Both the position numbers and the translations under genes were made by a program. A DNA stretch of 64,000 bases from an uncultured Gammaproteobacteria bacterium (lineage in GTDB: Bacteria > Patescibacteriota > Patescibacteriia > UBA9934 > CAZDDW01), in contig CAZDDW010000002.1 in assembly GCA_964504365.1 (NCBI GenBank), positions 53,246 through 117,245 of the forward strand, read 5' to 3'. The notes under the pieces are model-generated. The model had not been told where the DNA came from. It worked only from the letters and a program-made list of their open reading frames with translations, and searched no databases. Below are positions 1 through 9,868 of the stretch, piece after piece; the stretch's first letter is position 1, and every line of letters begins with the position of its first letter.

Positions 1-918
1 ATGAAGCCTGAGGACATGGTTGAGGCTGCAAAGAAAATCGCAAAGAATTCGAAAGGGAAGATTCGCGTCATTGTTAAGAACCGGGAACAATTAGAAAAGA
101 TGAAAGCTGGTGCGTTTTTGTCTATTGCCCAGGGTGCGGATTCAGAACCGTATTTGGTGCATCTAAAATATCATCCTGAAGGAGCTAAGAAAAAGATTGC
201 TCTTGTTGGAAAAGCTATCACTTTTGATTCAGGTGGTCTTCAACCAAAGCCTGGAATGTCGATGTATGAAATGGGAACAATGAAGATTGATATGGCCGGT
301 GGCGCAGCAGTACTCGGCGTTTTCTCTGCATTGGCAGAACTCGATATTAAAGTTGCAGTTGATGGAATTTTTGCTGCCTGTGAAAACATGTCTTCTAGTA
401 ACGCAATCAAGCCCGGAGACGTAGTCGCAGCCATGAACGGCAAGACGATTGAGATCGTTCACACAGACGCTGAAGGTCGGGTTACTCTAGCGGACAGCCT
501 AAGTTACGCTGCTCGACAAAAACCGGATGCAATAATCGATATGGCTACGCTAACCGGGGCAGTTCTTGTTGCTCTTGGTCAAGAGATCACCGGAGTTTTT
601 GGTAACAATGAAAAGATACTCGACAAAGTCTTCGAAGGAGCCGATCTTAGTGGTGAAAAAATGTGGGAATTACCGCTGGAGCAGGGGTATAAGAAGAAAA
701 TAAAATCCAAGGTCGCGGACATTAAGAATCTAGATAACAAATACGGAGAAGCAATTAATGCTGCCTTGTTCTTGGAAAACTTCGTTAACGATATACCGTG
801 GGTTCACATGGATATTGCCGGCCCAACCTTTGCTGAAAAACCAATGAGTGCCTACAACAAGTACGGGGCCACTGGAGTTGGGGTGCGGACCATGCTAGAA
901 TTGATAAGAAAATACTAA
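1..918 (+). CDS. pepA: Leucyl aminopeptidase (M17 family), 5'-truncated by the window edge
   Basis: Carries the M17 signature NTDAEGR(L/V)TLAD (here HTDAEGRVTLADSL). The ORF runs from the window start to a TAA stop at 916-918. Confidence 0.85.
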   Translation: MKPEDMVEAAKKIAKNSKGKIRVIVKNREQLEKMKAGAFLSIAQGADSEPYLVHLKYHPEGAKKKIALVGKAITFDSGGLQPKPGMSMYEMGTMKIDMAGGAAVLGVFSALAELDIKVAVDGIFAACENMSSSNAIKPGDVVAAMNGKTIEIVHTDAEGRVTLADSLSYAARQKPDAIIDMATLTGAVLVALGQEITGVFGNNEKILDKVFEGADLSGEKMWELPLEQGYKKKIKSKVADIKNLDNKYGEAINAALFLENFVNDIPWVHMDIAGPTFAEKPMSAYNKYGATGVGVRTMLELIRKY

Positions 919-919
919 G

Positions 920-1813
920 ATGAGGAAATACTTCCCGTACATATTGCTAATCGTCTTGCTTGGTGCAATTACTTATCATGAGTACCAAATACGGCGTGTT
1001 CCACCAACGCTCGAGCCAGAACCAGCTCGAGCTGGTGTTTCGTATTTGTTAGCTGAGCCAATTGTTGAAGAAGAGGCGAGTTATTTGGTTGACCGATTTG
1101 AATTGGTTTCTGGTGGGACCAACCGTGATTCAATTCCAGCCCTGATGAATCCTGATTATGAATCTGTTTACGCAGCGGATACACATCTCAGTGATGAGGG
1201 TGAGGGAATTTTTGTTGAGGTATCTGGCCAACCGTATTTTTATCCATTCGTGATCATGTCTTGGCATGAGATTGTTAATGACACTCTTGCAGGTAAACCG
1301 TTGTCGATTTCTTATTGTCCGATGTGCCGATCTTCTGTGGTTTATGAACGCACTTTTGAAGACCAGATTCTGGACTTTGGAACAACCGGATTGCTCTTAA
1401 ATAACAACTTAGTTATGTACGATCGGCAAAGTGAATCTCTTTGGCCACAGCTTTTGGGGACTGCTGTTGCTGGAGACATGATCGGACAAGAGCTAGTACA
1501 GTATCCAGCGCACCATATGACGTTTGGCGAGTTCAAAGACCAGTATTCATATGGACTAGTATTAAGTCGAAACACTGGTTACGAGCGAGATTACACCCAG
1601 GATACGTACTGGCAATATCATGAGACTGATGAGATCAAATTTATAGTTAGTAATTTTGATGGGCGCTTGATGGCAAAGCAGTTGATTTATGGTGTGCATA
1701 ATGGCACAGAATCAGCCATTGCTTACGAAAGTGAAACTGAGAATTCGATTCCGTCGTACTGGTTCTGCTGGGCCAATGCATATCCAGGGACCGAACTTGA
1801 AAGTGATTTATGA
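920..1813 (+). CDS. Hypothetical membrane-anchored protein (possibly DUF3179-like, CPMC motif)
   Basis: Complete 297-aa ORF with an N-terminal TM helix and a conserved-looking SISYCPMC motif. No SD site, as in other backbone genes. Its stop overlaps the thiI start (ATGA). Confidence 0.5.
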   Translation: MRKYFPYILLIVLLGAITYHEYQIRRVPPTLEPEPARAGVSYLLAEPIVEEEASYLVDRFELVSGGTNRDSIPALMNPDYESVYAADTHLSDEGEGIFVEVSGQPYFYPFVIMSWHEIVNDTLAGKPLSISYCPMCRSSVVYERTFEDQILDFGTTGLLLNNNLVMYDRQSESLWPQLLGTAVAGDMIGQELVQYPAHHMTFGEFKDQYSYGLVLSRNTGYERDYTQDTYWQYHETDEIKFIVSNFDGRLMAKQLIYGVHNGTESAIAYESETENSIPSYWFCWANAYPGTELESDL

Positions 1814-2976
1814 AATACACCCACATATTAATCCACTACGCTGAAATTGGTTTGAAAGGAAAGAACCGAGCACTTTTTGAACAGAAGTTAGTTCGTAATA
1901 TTAAGACAGCGCTGGAAGGCTGCGATATCAAAGGAGTTCGACGTACATTTGGTCGTATCATGGTTGAGTTAGATGAAACCAGAAAACTAGACAATAAGAT
2001 AACCAGACAACTTGAACGTGTTTTTGGAATTGCTTCGTTTTCACCAGTTGTTAGTGTAAAAAATGATTTTGATAAGATTCAAGAAACCGCTCTAGAATTA
2101 GCTCAAGCAAGCAAGGACTGGAAAACATTCAAAGTCGCCACTAAACGCAGTCAGAAGCTGTTTCCTGCGACCTCAATGGAGGTTAGTCGTGATGTTGGGG
2201 CTTATATCTTGGAAAACATGCCTGACAAGAAGGTTGATATTAAAAATCCAGACTTGATGGTTAGGATCGAGATCACTGAGAAAAAGACCCATGTGTTCAC
2301 AGACAAGATTCCTGGTGGAGGTGGTTTGCCTGTTGGATCTAGCGGGACTGTTGTTTCTTTGTTGTCTGGTGGGATTGACTCACCAGTTGCTTCTTGGCAG
2401 TTAATGAAGCGCGGTTGTCAGGTAATCTTTGTGCATTTTCATTCTGCGCCACAGACCAAAAAAGCAGCTATTGATAAAGTTGAGGAGCTAGCAAGCATAT
2501 TGTCTAAGTGGCAGATCAAAACAAAAGTGCACATGGTTCCGTTTTTGGATATTCAAAAAGAGATTGTAAAAGAGTGTCGTGGCGAGTATCGAGTAGTGTT
2601 GTATCGACGATTCATGGTTAAGATCGCTGAGCGGATTGCAAGAAAAGAGCGGGCCGGTGCTTTGATTACTGGTGAGTCTGTGGGGCAGGTTGCTTCACAA
2701 ACCATAGAGAATATCGCAGCAATTAATGATGCCATTACCATTCCAGTGTTACGACCATTGATCGGTGATGATAAAAATGAAATTATTGAAAAGGCAAAAC
2801 GAATCGACACTTATGAGACATCAATCATTCCACACGATGATTGTTGCTCATTGTTTGTGCCACGTCATCCAGTTACGAAAGCGAACATCGCCGTTGCTCG
2901 ATCCGAAGAAGGGAAGTTGGATGTAATAAAATTGATCGAGGAAGCGATTAATAAAACTGAAGTAATAGATTTATGA
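1810..2976 (+). CDS. thiI: tRNA 4-thiouridine synthase ThiI (THUMP + PP-loop ATPase)
   Basis: PP-loop motif SGGIDSPVA is present. The N-terminal region has THUMP-like architecture. Length is 388 aa. Confidence 0.85.
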   Translation: MKYTHILIHYAEIGLKGKNRALFEQKLVRNIKTALEGCDIKGVRRTFGRIMVELDETRKLDNKITRQLERVFGIASFSPVVSVKNDFDKIQETALELAQASKDWKTFKVATKRSQKLFPATSMEVSRDVGAYILENMPDKKVDIKNPDLMVRIEITEKKTHVFTDKIPGGGGLPVGSSGTVVSLLSGGIDSPVASWQLMKRGCQVIFVHFHSAPQTKKAAIDKVEELASILSKWQIKTKVHMVPFLDIQKEIVKECRGEYRVVLYRRFMVKIAERIARKERAGALITGESVGQVASQTIENIAAINDAITIPVLRPLIGDDKNEIIEKAKRIDTYETSIIPHDDCCSLFVPRHPVTKANIAVARSEEGKLDVIKLIEEAINKTEVIDL

Positions 2977-3647
2977 AACTATACATAGTCGCTACACCGA
3001 TTGGTAATTTAAGTGATGTATCTGAGCGCGTGCTTGAAACATTGCGTTCGGTTGACCTGATTCTTTGTGAAGATACACGTGTAACTGCGAAATTGTTAGC
3101 GAAGTTTGGAATCCAGAAACCTTTGCAAAGTTACCACCAACATTCAGATCAGAAAAAAGTGAATAAAATTCTGGATGAACTCAAGGAAGACAAAGACATT
3201 ACTCTGGTAACGGACGCTGGTACACCTGGCATATCTGATCCTGGCGGCATGCTTGTTGCCGAGGCGTTACATCGTTTTGAAGATCAGATCGAGATCATCC
3301 CGATTCCCGGACCGTCTGCAATCACTTCTGCATTATCGATCTCAGGATTCCCAGCTGATGAATTTTTATTCCTTGGGTTCCCGCCGCATAAGAAAGGGCG
3401 CAAAAAGTTTTTCGATCGTTTGTTCGACATTAAATCAACAATGGTTATCTTTGAATCAACCCACCGCATTGAAAAAACACTTAGCGAAATCGCAGAACGA
3501 ATTGAAAACCGTCCGATTGTGCTTTGTCGTGAACTAACTAAACTACACGAAACCATTTATCGCGGTACTGCGGCCAGTGTGACAGACAAGCTTAAAACTG
3601 GTAGTATTAAAGGCGAATTTGTAATCGTAATTGGTCCAACAAAATAA
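2973..3647 (+). CDS. rsmI: 16S rRNA (cytidine1402-2'-O)-methyltransferase RsmI
   Basis: N-terminus LYIVATPIGNLSDVSERVLETL...LCEDTR is typical of the RsmI/tetrapyrrole-methylase family. The start overlaps the thiI stop (ATGA). Confidence 0.85.
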   Translation: MKLYIVATPIGNLSDVSERVLETLRSVDLILCEDTRVTAKLLAKFGIQKPLQSYHQHSDQKKVNKILDELKEDKDITLVTDAGTPGISDPGGMLVAEALHRFEDQIEIIPIPGPSAITSALSISGFPADEFLFLGFPPHKKGRKKFFDRLFDIKSTMVIFESTHRIEKTLSEIAERIENRPIVLCRELTKLHETIYRGTAASVTDKLKTGSIKGEFVIVIGPTK

Positions 3648-3648
3648 T

Positions 3649-5148
3649 ATGGCAAAGTTCTACGTAACAACACCGATTTACTATGTTAACGACAAGCCGC
3701 ATATTGGCCACACGTATTCAACCGTGGCTGCGGATATTTTAGCTCGTTATAATCGAATGTTGGGCAAAGAGGTCATGTTTTTGACTGGGACTGATGAGAA
3801 CTCGCAAAAAGGAGTAGATGCGGCTGAGGCGCTTGGGAAAGATACAAAAGAATATATCGACGAGATGGCATCGCGCTGGCAGTCTACTTTTGATTCGCTT
3901 GGGTTTACTAATGATGACTTTATTCGCACCACAGAGGATCGACACGCGGCTGCTGCAACCAAGTTTTTCAAAAAGGTTTACGATAACGGTGATATTTACG
4001 AAGGTGAGTATAAGGGCTTGTACTGTGTTGGGTGTGAAGCGTTTTTAACTGAGGGCGATCTGGTTGATGGAAAGTGTCAGAATCACAAGAAAGCACCAGA
4101 ACAAATTAGTGAAAAAAATTATTTCTTTAAATTAACAAAGTATCGTGATGCTTTGCTTGAACACATTGAAAAAAATCCTGAATTCATAATGCCAGAATCA
4201 CGTCGCAATGAAGTAATTAGTTACATCGAAAAGTTCATGGACGATATTTCGATTTCACGATCAAGTATGAAATGGGGAATTCCTGTGCCAGTTGATGAGT
4301 CACAGCGAATTTATGTTTGGTTTGATGCGTTGATTAATTACATTAGCGCAATCGGTTACACTGAAGAAACTGAGCAATTTAAGAAATTTTGGCCAGCAGA
4401 TGTTCAAATCGTTGGAAAAGATATTATTAAGTTCCACTGTGCCTTGTGGCCCGCTATGTTAATGGCCGCAGATCTACCACTTCCAAAAACAGTATTTGCA
4501 CACGGATTCTTTACTATCAATGGTGAAAAAATTAGCAAGTCACTAGGTAACGCAGTTGATCCAGTTGAGATGACTGAAAAGTATGGGATCGATCCAGTGC
4601 GTTATTTCCTAATGAAAGAAATTCATTTTGGTGAGGATGGTGATTTTTCTGTAAAACGTTTGGAAGAACGGTACAACGGTGAATTGGCTAATGACCTTGG
4701 AAACTTATTGAGTCGTGTCTGTGCCATGACTGAAAAATATTTTGACGGCAAGGTTCCAGACAAGGCTGACGGGTTCCTGGCCAGTGCTTGGCCAAGTTAT
4801 CAAGAGGCAATGAATACACTGCGTTTTCACGATGCGCTTGAAGTTACTTGGTCTGTTATTCGCCAAGCAAACCAGTTTGTTGAACAACAAAAACCATGGG
4901 AACTAGCTAAGCTTGATGACAAAAAAACACTTAGTGATACTTTGTATGTACTGCTTGAGACGCTTCGGCACATTGCCTGGATGATTTATCCATTCATGCC
5001 TGAAACCGCAGAGAAGATGTTTGCACAACTCGGCTTAGAAGCGCCAAAAGAATTTTCACAATCATTTGAATCTGCCTGGGTTTGGGGTGAACTTGAGCCA
5101 GGTGGTAAAATAGAAAAAGGAGAAGCATTATTCCCTAAAATAGAATAA
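3649..5148 (+). CDS. metG: Methionyl-tRNA synthetase
   Basis: Class I signatures PIYYVN..HIGH (HIGHTYS) and KMSKS (KISKSLGN). The start is taken at MAKFYVTT immediately after the rsmI stop. Confidence 0.9.
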   Translation: MAKFYVTTPIYYVNDKPHIGHTYSTVAADILARYNRMLGKEVMFLTGTDENSQKGVDAAEALGKDTKEYIDEMASRWQSTFDSLGFTNDDFIRTTEDRHAAAATKFFKKVYDNGDIYEGEYKGLYCVGCEAFLTEGDLVDGKCQNHKKAPEQISEKNYFFKLTKYRDALLEHIEKNPEFIMPESRRNEVISYIEKFMDDISISRSSMKWGIPVPVDESQRIYVWFDALINYISAIGYTEETEQFKKFWPADVQIVGKDIIKFHCALWPAMLMAADLPLPKTVFAHGFFTINGEKISKSLGNAVDPVEMTEKYGIDPVRYFLMKEIHFGEDGDFSVKRLEERYNGELANDLGNLLSRVCAMTEKYFDGKVPDKADGFLASAWPSYQEAMNTLRFHDALEVTWSVIRQANQFVEQQKPWELAKLDDKKTLSDTLYVLLETLRHIAWMIYPFMPETAEKMFAQLGLEAPKEFSQSFESAWVWGELEPGGKIEKGEALFPKIE

Positions 5149-5149
5149 T

Positions 5150-5716
5150 ATGGAGGTAGCATTAGTTGACCTTATCTTGGTCATAATTATTGGCGGTTTT
5201 GTGTTTTATGGTGCGTTTTTCGGGTTTATCCACAGCCTAGGAAGTTTGATTGGTGCCATTATTGCCGCGATTATTACGAGTCGAATAATTGATACGGTTT
5301 TTGACTGGATTGGTTTTATTTTCGGCGGCGGACATTGGGGTCGGATTATTCTGTTTGTTATAATTTTCTTGATAATAACCAAAGTTGTTGGGATGCTATT
5401 TGCAATCGTTGATAAAATCTGGTCGGTTGTGCCATTTGGAAAATCATTAAATCGATTATTAGGACTGGTGTTTGGTTTTATCGAAGGTGTGATCGTGATC
5501 GGAATAGTTTTGTTCTATGCCATGCAATACCTACCAGAAGAAGGCGTGCGCTCAGTACTTGAAATGTCAGCAGTTGCAGATTATTTACTAATGGTTGCTG
5601 GTGTTGTTTCGATCTTGATGCCAGTTGCAATAGAACAAGCAACAGAAGCGGTTCAGAATATTGATGTGGATGTTCCTGACATTGATATTGATGTCCAGAT
5701 CACGCCGACTGAGTAG
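5150..5716 (+). CDS. CvpA-family membrane protein
   Basis: A 188-aa protein with four hydrophobic helices. The N-terminus resembles colicin V production protein CvpA. Confidence 0.55.
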   Translation: MEVALVDLILVIIIGGFVFYGAFFGFIHSLGSLIGAIIAAIITSRIIDTVFDWIGFIFGGGHWGRIILFVIIFLIITKVVGMLFAIVDKIWSVVPFGKSLNRLLGLVFGFIEGVIVIGIVLFYAMQYLPEEGVRSVLEMSAVADYLLMVAGVVSILMPVAIEQATEAVQNIDVDVPDIDIDVQITPTE

Positions 5717-5718
5717 CT

Positions 5719-6600
5719 ATGAAATTGATTGATACACACTGTCACGTTCACTTTAACGCATACAAAAAAGATTCAGATGAAGTCATCCGGCGTTCTTTGG
5801 ACGCCGGAATTTTGATGATAACTGTTGGCACACAAACAGATACCTCCCGCAAGGCTATTGAAGTGGCAAATAAATACGATGGTGTTTGGGCGACTGTTGG
5901 TTTGCACCCGAATCATTTGTGTGAGCAAGAGTTTATGGATCCAAACGAGATCGAAGAGATTTCTACAGTGAAGACGCGGTGTGAAAAGTTTAACCCTGAG
6001 GATTATCGGGAAATGGCCAAGGATCCAAAGGTTGTTGCCATTGGCGAGTTTGGTCTTGATTATTTTCACTTACCTGAACAACTGGACCGTGATCAGTTGA
6101 TAGCAGATCAGAAAGAATCAATGTTAGCAGAACTTGATTTCGCGGATGAGCTTGATTTGCCAGTGATCATTCACAGCCGTGATTCACACGATGACCAAAT
6201 TGCATTGTTAAAGGATTATATTGGAAAAGGGAAGTTGGCTCGCCGAGGTGTGGTTCATTGTTATACTGGAACACTAGAACAAGCTGAGAAATATTTCGAG
6301 CTAGGTTTTCTGATCTCGTTCACAGGTATCATTACCTTTCCGCCACGACGAAGTGAGATTAGTGCTGGGGTCGAACTGACTGAGATTCAAGAGGTTGTAA
6401 AAAAAGTTCCGCTTGATAAAATCATGGTTGAAACAGATGCACCATATTTATCACCAGTACCGCAACGTGGTAAACGGAACGAACCAGCTTACGTTCAACA
6501 TGTTGCAGAAAAGATTGCTGAGTTAAAGGGCATGTCATTGGAAGAGGTGATTGAAACAACTGGTAACAATGCGCAAAAACTTTTTAATATCAAATTTTGA
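5719..6600 (+). CDS. tatD: TatD-family metal-dependent DNase/hydrolase
   Basis: N-terminal LIDTHCHV motif and TatD-like length and architecture. Confidence 0.8.
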   Translation: MKLIDTHCHVHFNAYKKDSDEVIRRSLDAGILMITVGTQTDTSRKAIEVANKYDGVWATVGLHPNHLCEQEFMDPNEIEEISTVKTRCEKFNPEDYREMAKDPKVVAIGEFGLDYFHLPEQLDRDQLIADQKESMLAELDFADELDLPVIIHSRDSHDDQIALLKDYIGKGKLARRGVVHCYTGTLEQAEKYFELGFLISFTGIITFPPRRSEISAGVELTEIQEVVKKVPLDKIMVETDAPYLSPVPQRGKRNEPAYVQHVAEKIAELKGMSLEEVIETTGNNAQKLFNIKF

Positions 6601-6602
6601 TT

Positions 6603-6636
6603 TCTGACATTTGTCCTGATCAGGACAAATGTCAGA
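6603..6636. repeat. Perfect 34-bp palindrome (TCTGACATTTGTCCTGA|TCAGGACAAATGTCAGA)
   Basis: Read directly from the sequence; the two 17-nt arms are exact reverse complements. No T-run follows on either strand, so it is not a canonical intrinsic terminator. It lies right after tatD at the low-GC/high-GC junction. Confidence 0.9.
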
Positions 6637-6645
6637 AAATAAAGA

Positions 6646-6671
6646 AGACGCTCGAGTGAGCGTCTTTGTTA
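6646..6671 (+). terminator. Intrinsic terminator after tatD
   Basis: AGACGCTC-gagt-GAGCGTCT hairpin followed by TTTGTT. Confidence 0.6.
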
Positions 6672-6762
6672 TCTAGCAAGTCCGAGTACCTGATGCGCGC
6701 CAGCAAAAGTAAAAGACGCCACCCGCGGGGGTGACGTCGATGAGAAACGTGAAGGAACTGGT

Positions 6763-8517
6763 CTAGGCTTGGTCTGCCGGCTGTTCCGAACTGGCCTCGG
6801 CTTCCTTCTCGGCCGCAGGTGCCGGTTCGGAAGGCTTGGCCTCGGTCTCGGCACCACTGGAGTCCGGTGCTTCGGCCGCAGGCTTACGAGGCCTACGGGG
6901 CCGACGCCGACTTCGCTTGCGCGGTGCCGGCTCCTCGGAACCTTCCTCAGCCGCTGACTCGGCTTCGGCTTCGGCCCTGGCTTCCTGGATCCGATCGACC
7001 AGTTGGTCGACCTGTTCCGAATCCACCAGACACCTGGCCGCCTTGATCAAGACGGTCGCCCGGAAACCCATGATTCCGGGATGAACACGCCCAGCCCAAC
7101 CACCACGACGCACGGCCTTGTAGCCGGTGTCATGTCCGCGGTCGAGCTGATCGAAGCTCACACCGAGCATGAGCTCGAGCTTGGCCAGGATCGTATCGGC
7201 ATCGGCATCGTCCTCGAGACCCAGAACCGTCAAGGCCTGGTATCTCTCGGGAACGCCGCTACCACGAACACTGAAGAGGAATTCCCCCTTGCCAAGAGCC
7301 AGCTTGATCGCGATTGCCCGTGCTTCACGCAAGAGCGCCTTGCGCACCTTGCGTCCGTCGGACGAGCTCGGATCACCAGACCACCTTGCGCTGCGCATGG
7401 CCTGGAAAGCCACATCTGAGGCATGGTCTGCCTGAAGCTGCTCGGACTTGATGACCAGAGCCGCATCGAACAGATCAGCCACCTCACCCTTGCCAGCACT
7501 CATGGTCTTGCCGACCAGAGCCATGACGTAGATCTTCACACGACCGCCGTCAGGCTGGGGAATCCAAACCTGGTTGTTGTACTTGGTCAGACCTGTCATG
7601 ACCAGCTCACGCCGGGCATCCTCGATGACCTGCAAACGCTCTTTGCGCCCCTGGTCAGAACTCGGATCACCCGGGAAGCCAGCATTGATCATGACCTGGA
7701 AGACCGGATCGTCAGCGCCTGGATCTCGAACATCGCTCAAGGCCTTGGCCCGCGCATCGACTGCGTTCGAACTGGTCTTGTCCGATTCGGAATCGAGTCC
7801 GAACATTTCCCAGCAGCTCATGAACGTACCAGTGCGTGCCACGATCGATCCCGGGGGACAGATCAGGGCTTCGGCCTTGGACTCATCGATCTTGACCGTG
7901 CCATCGTTGAACTCGCCGGCATCGACCATCTGCGCAGTTGCCCGCGCAGTGGCGTGGATCAAGCCAGGGTGCATCACCTTGAACATGATCGGAACCTGGG
8001 AACGATCCTTGACCGCACCGGCCTCGATCTCGTCGTCGTAGTACGGGGCCTCGTTCTGAGGACCGCGCCAGAGAACCTCTGCACCACGGAAATCACCGAT
8101 CCAACGCTGACCCTTCTTGGTGAAAGCGACGTAAAGGAAGTTGCGGTCAACAACCTCACCATCCAGCGCACCCTCTTCGCCGAGCCAGGTATGCTCGAAC
8201 ATCGGCCACGCCAGACTGGTGTTCCCGCGCATCGCAGACGGCTTCACAGCCACGCAGATGATCGGCGCACCCAAGCGCACCAACAGCCTGGTCGGATCCG
8301 GAATGACCACCTCGAATGTCTGGCCGCCTTCCACAGGCGTGAACTGACCAAGCACTCTTCCGCGATACAATCCATCTTCTCCCGTGGTACCAGGACCGTC
8401 GCTGCCAAAGAAGACCTGACCGTAGGAAAGATCACTCTGCCGGAAACGGTGTCCCAGCGGATGAAAAACCTCTCTGTTGATCCTGATCATCTCTTGTCTG
8501 TACATTTCGTCACTCAT
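6763..8517 (-). CDS. Hypothetical 584-aa protein from high-GC islet 1, with an internal duplication and a Lys/Arg/Pro-rich C-terminal tail
   Basis: Long ORF in a ~62% GC region, with GGAGG 7 nt upstream of ATG. Two internal segments resemble each other (SDVRDPGADDPVFQVMINAGFPGDPSSDQGRKERL and SDVAFQAMRSARWSGDPSSSDGRKVRK). The C-terminus (PRKRSRRRPRRPRKPAAEAP, followed by an acidic stretch) looks like a histone-H1-like disordered tail. A hairpin plus TTTTACTTTTG terminator follows downstream on the minus strand (~6700-6740). Confidence 0.6.
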   Translation of the reverse strand: MSDEMYRQEMIRINREVFHPLGHRFRQSDLSYGQVFFGSDGPGTTGEDGLYRGRVLGQFTPVEGGQTFEVVIPDPTRLLVRLGAPIICVAVKPSAMRGNTSLAWPMFEHTWLGEEGALDGEVVDRNFLYVAFTKKGQRWIGDFRGAEVLWRGPQNEAPYYDDEIEAGAVKDRSQVPIMFKVMHPGLIHATARATAQMVDAGEFNDGTVKIDESKAEALICPPGSIVARTGTFMSCWEMFGLDSESDKTSSNAVDARAKALSDVRDPGADDPVFQVMINAGFPGDPSSDQGRKERLQVIEDARRELVMTGLTKYNNQVWIPQPDGGRVKIYVMALVGKTMSAGKGEVADLFDAALVIKSEQLQADHASDVAFQAMRSARWSGDPSSSDGRKVRKALLREARAIAIKLALGKGEFLFSVRGSGVPERYQALTVLGLEDDADADTILAKLELMLGVSFDQLDRGHDTGYKAVRRGGWAGRVHPGIMGFRATVLIKAARCLVDSEQVDQLVDRIQEARAEAEAESAAEEGSEEPAPRKRSRRRPRRPRKPAAEAPDSSGAETEAKPSEPAPAAEKEAEASSEQPADQA

Positions 8518-8624
8518 TGTTCGCCTCCATCTGCCTCTTGGGCAGTATTCGTGTTGTTCTGGTTAAAATGACCGTTGTCGTCCTTTTTATTAGACTGATC
8601 AGACTACCATAGTTTTTTGCCTTT

Positions 8625-8681
8625 GTCAAGCCTAAATAGCCTAATTAAGGCTTGACAGAACTGGTATTTTGTGTTAACTTA
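8625..8681. promoter_or_regulatory. Symmetric divergent promoter
   Basis: TGTCAAGCCT (8625-8634) and AGGCTTGACA (8648-8657) are reverse complements, and each arm contains a TTGACA -35 box. On the plus strand, TTGACA is followed by 18 nt and then TGtTAACTT. On the minus strand, TTGACA is followed by 17 nt and then TGgTAGTCT. Confidence 0.6.
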
Positions 8682-8722
8682 GGTTGTTATTAGCTCATTC
8701 ACACACTTACGGAGGACAGTAA

Positions 8723-9739
8723 ATGGTCCCTGCAGACGAACGAGAAACGATCGATGACGAGACTCAGATGGATATCAGGGTCGTAGAAGCGAGTATCAGC
8801 CCCTGGGTTGATGATCTACGAACCAATTTCCCTTACTGGCCGGATGAGGATGACGGTGAACAGCCACCAACGTTCACCCAGGCCAGGGAAGAGGACGCCG
8901 CGGATGAACGCTTCCGAGAGCTTTGCGATGATTCTGGTCTAGCTGCTGATCTGATCATCATCGTTCTGGAAGGGATCGATACGGACCTGGAAACCGATCC
9001 TGTGCCGGAAGACCTGTTCCAGGAAGCTCGGAATCGGATCGAGGCAGAAGACGACAGCCTCACCGTTCAGCTGATTGACATTGCTCTGCGCTACCTCTTG
9101 TACACGGATTCGAACAACGAAGACGACAACAGAAAACACGCAGCAGCAATCAAGGATGCCTTGAGTCAGCCGGAAGCATCAAAGGAGGCGAATGAACCTG
9201 CGAAAACCGCAGCTGAGCCGAAGACTCCGGCCAAGCCCGGGGTTCCACCCAAGCCTTCGATGCCTGGAGAAGGTGGTGCAGAAGGTGGTAGGCCCGGAGC
9301 TTTGCGGAAGACTGATGGTACGCAAGAGCAGCCTCCTCCTCCCGAGAAGACTCCACCGGAGGCAACTACTCGAACTACTCAGCCGGCAGAACCGCCACCA
9401 CCGACGCCCCCAGATGGCTCGAGCGATGACGACCTCAAGGCAGAGCCACGCTACGTAGAGCTGCTTGCAGCTGCACAGCGAAACATCACCAAAGCAAGAG
9501 CTGGAGAAGCTCCGGCTCAGCTCTGGCTGGATGTGACTGTGTCAGACTTGCGTAAGGGAACAGGCGTTGGTTCACGAACCCACCCCAACCCGATTTACGC
9601 AAGACTGGCTGCTGATGGGACGACCATCCGAACAGGCTTCGATCACAGGGACAAGAACGCCCGTGCCAGAAGCCTTCTGGTCCGAGAAATCCAGGCTCTG
9701 GTCACTCAGGCCGGCCTGAAGATCAACCGCCTGCGTTAG
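8723..9739 (+). CDS. Hypothetical acidic protein with a Pro-rich linker (islet 1)
   Basis: 338 aa with a GGAGGA SD site. The N-terminus is acidic, the middle has PPKP/PPPPTPP low-complexity sequence, and a C-terminal domain follows. A TGCCGCTCAGC...GCTGGGCGGCA hairpin lies downstream at ~9750-9780. Confidence 0.6.
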   Translation: MVPADERETIDDETQMDIRVVEASISPWVDDLRTNFPYWPDEDDGEQPPTFTQAREEDAADERFRELCDDSGLAADLIIIVLEGIDTDLETDPVPEDLFQEARNRIEAEDDSLTVQLIDIALRYLLYTDSNNEDDNRKHAAAIKDALSQPEASKEANEPAKTAAEPKTPAKPGVPPKPSMPGEGGAEGGRPGALRKTDGTQEQPPPPEKTPPEATTRTTQPAEPPPPTPPDGSSDDDLKAEPRYVELLAAAQRNITKARAGEAPAQLWLDVTVSDLRKGTGVGSRTHPNPIYARLAADGTTIRTGFDHRDKNARARSLLVREIQALVTQAGLKINRLR

Positions 9740-9868
9740 CAGGAACTCATTGCCGCTCAGCTCAGCTGGGCGGCATCTTAATTTCCATAAATTTTATACC
9801 CTTGATCTTTTTACGCCTTTGTTATACACTACGGGCGAAATTTTTAGGCTAGTGAATACATTTACTCT

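Noticed and set aside
7423-8571. 382-aa plus-strand ORF, and several 60-155-aa ORFs, antisense to the 584-aa islet-1 gene
   Set aside because: These are shadow ORFs, which are expected in high-GC sequence. They have no SD site or promoter, are fully antisense to a better-supported gene, and have Arg/Ser/Pro-rich junk composition.
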